Origin: Pseudomonadota bacterium
GTDB taxonomy: Bacteria; Pseudomonadota; Gammaproteobacteria; Burkholderiales; JABEVD01
Length of the DNA: 64,000 nt
Direction of reading: 5' to 3'
Assembly (NCBI GenBank): GCA_021802545.1
Contig: JAJZRS010000006.1
Span: 9,308-73,307, forward strand
The notes beneath the pieces were generated by a model that was not told the DNA's origin, ran no database searches, and was given only the letters and a program-made list of their open reading frames with translations. Shown here piece after piece: positions 62,703-64,000 of the stretch. The position numbers and the translations under genes are program-made. The first letter of the stretch is position 1; each line of letters starts with the position of its first letter.

Positions 62703-64000
62703 ATGATCGTCACTTTCCCCAATAGCGCATACCGCCTTCATCAGCCTTTCGAGCCTTCGGGAGACCAGCCGGAGGCGATAGGCAAGCTCGTGGCGGGAAT
62801 CGCATCGGGAATGCGTTTCCAGACCCTGCTCGGCGTGACCGGATCTGGCAAGACCTACACCATGGCGAACGTCATCGCGAGACTGGGAAGGCCGGCCATC
62901 GTCATGGCGCCGAACAAGACGCTCGCAGCCCAGCTCTATTCAGAGATGAGGGAGTTCCTGCCGGAGAACGCGGTCGAATATTTCGTCTCCTATTACGACT
63001 ATTACCAGCCGGAGGCTTACGTCCCGTCAAGAGACCTCTTCATCGAGAAGGATTCATCGATCAACGAGCATATCGAGCAGATGAGGCTGTCAGCGACGAA
63101 ATCCCTTCTGGAGCGGCCGGACTGCGTGATCGTCGCGACCGTCTCCTCCATCTACGGCATCGGCGACCCGGTCGACTACCACGGCATGATTCTCCATCTG
63201 AGGGAGAACGAGGAAATCTCCCAGAAGGATGCGGTGAAGCGCCTGGTCGCGATGCAGTACGAGCGCAACGACATGGAATTCAAGCGCGGCGTTTTCAGGG
63301 TGAGGGGAGACATCCTCGACATCTTCCCGGCAGAAAGCGGGGAGCTCGCGCTCAGGGTCTCCATGTTCGACGATACTGTCGAATCGCTCTCGCTTTTCGA
63401 CCCGCTCACCGGGCACGTGAAGCAGAAGGTTGCGCGCTATACCGTCTATCCTTCGAGCCATTACGTCACCCCGAGGAGCACCACATTGCGCGCGATCGAG
63501 ACGATCAAGACGGAATTGCGCGAGCGGATCTCCTTCTTCCAGCGCGAACACAAGCTGGTGGAAGCGCAAAGGATAGAGCAGAGGACCCGTTTCGACCTGG
63601 AGATGCTCAACGAGCTCGGATTCTGCAAGGGGATCGAGAACTATTCGAGGCACCTCTCCGGAAGAAATCAGGGCGAGCCGCCGCCAACCCTGATCGACTA
63701 TCTTCCGCCGGATGCAATCATGATCATCGACGAGAGCCATGTCACCATTCCGCAGATCGGCGCGATGTACAAGGGGGACAGGTCGAGGAAGGAGAATCTC
63801 GTCGAATACGGCTTCAGGCTCCCTTCGGCCCTCGACAACAGGCCGCTCAAGTTCGAGGAATTCGAGCACGTGATGCGGCAGACCGTATTCGTTTCCGCGA
63901 CCCCATCGACCTACGAGGCCGAGCACCAGCAGCAGGTGGTCGAGCAGGTGATCAGGCCGACGGGGCTCGTCGATCCCAAGGTCGAGGTGAGGCCGGCCTC
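62703..64000 (+). CDS. uvrB: Excinuclease ABC subunit UvrB (5' part; continues past the right edge)
   Basis: Hand translation from ATG 62703 gives [58 protein letters not shown]...[15 protein letters not shown]...[19 protein letters not shown]. It is absent from the ORF track because it has no in-window stop. Confidence 0.95.
   Translation, partial: MIVTFPNSAYRLHQPFEPSGDQPEAIGKLVAGIASGMRFQTLLGVTGSGKTYTMANVIARLGRPAIVMAPNKTLAAQLYSEMREFLPENAVEYFVSYYDYYQPEAYVPSRDLFIEKDSSINEHIEQMRLSATKSLLERPDCVIVATVSSIYGIGDPVDYHGMILHLRENEEISQKDAVKRLVAMQYERNDMEFKRGVFRVRGDILDIFPAESGELALRVSMFDDTVESLSLFDPLTGHVKQKVARYTVYPSSHYVTPRSTTLRAIETIKTELRERISFFQREHKLVEAQRIEQRTRFDLEMLNELGFCKGIENYSRHLSGRNQGEPPPTLIDYLPPDAIMIIDESHVTIPQIGAMYKGDRSRKENLVEYGFRLPSALDNRPLKFEEFEHVMRQTVFVSATPSTYEAEHQQQVVEQVIRPTGLVDPKVEVRPA

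Noticed and set aside
1-64000. Scan for CRISPR arrays, rRNA genes, IS elements or transposases, integrases, prophage structural genes, and riboswitches (TPP upstream of yjbQ, c-di-GMP class upstream of signalling genes).
   Set aside because: I saw no regularly spaced short repeats, no rRNA-like sequence, no transposase or recombinase motifs in any long ORF, and no conserved riboswitch cores in the relevant leaders. The only RNA gene I can support is tRNA-Asn.

Overview
This is a 64-kb window of a moderately GC-rich proteobacterial chromosome. Gene content and synteny (lplT-alr-radA, ispDF-thpR, tsaB-rimI-udg, mfd-serB) look betaproteobacterial, but that is inference only. I can support about 60 protein genes, one tRNA-Asn, two sub-60-aa ORFs missing from the ORF track, and several promoters and terminators. 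I found no rRNA, CRISPR array, transposase or integrase. The window is unusually rich in signal transduction. It holds a minus-strand chemotaxis operon with a sigma28-like promoter, a small ORF, cheV, cheV, cheY, cheZ, a cheA without a recognisable P2 domain, a c-heme MCP and a mini-FimV gene. It also holds a split Aer-like PAS + MCP-CZB pair, a second short CheZ, a PP2C/Ser-Thr-kinase fusion, and five c-di-GMP turnover genes. Housekeeping blocks are cynS, mfd, serB, ispD/ispF, tsaB/rimI, alr, radA, an aspartate-type aminotransferase and uvrB (runs off the right edge). Four regions deserve a second look. (1) Positions 52.2-61.4 kb are split by four directly oriented copies or fragments of the tRNA-Asn 3' end into tandem, AT-richer cassettes. 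This looks like an integrase-less composite island. It carries two PAS-GGDEF-EAL genes, a HEPN/MNT pair and a strongly AT-rich three-gene operon of unknown function. (2) A two-gene module at 47.4-52.1 kb encodes a TPR lipoprotein fused to a secretin, followed by an 899-aa secreted mosaic protein ending in a jacalin-like lectin domain. No other secretion-machinery genes are nearby. (3) A self-contained promoter, 32-codon hydrophobic ORF and terminator unit lies at 46.25-46.53 kb. (4) An AmmeMemoRadiSam operon is extended by a dienelactone-hydrolase-type gene. Several genes look decayed or domain-stripped: a CheD-like ORF missing its catalytic-His segment, a VOC pseudogene, and a headless HD-degenerate CCA-enzyme paralog. 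All calls rest on reading the translations and DNA by eye. No database search was run.
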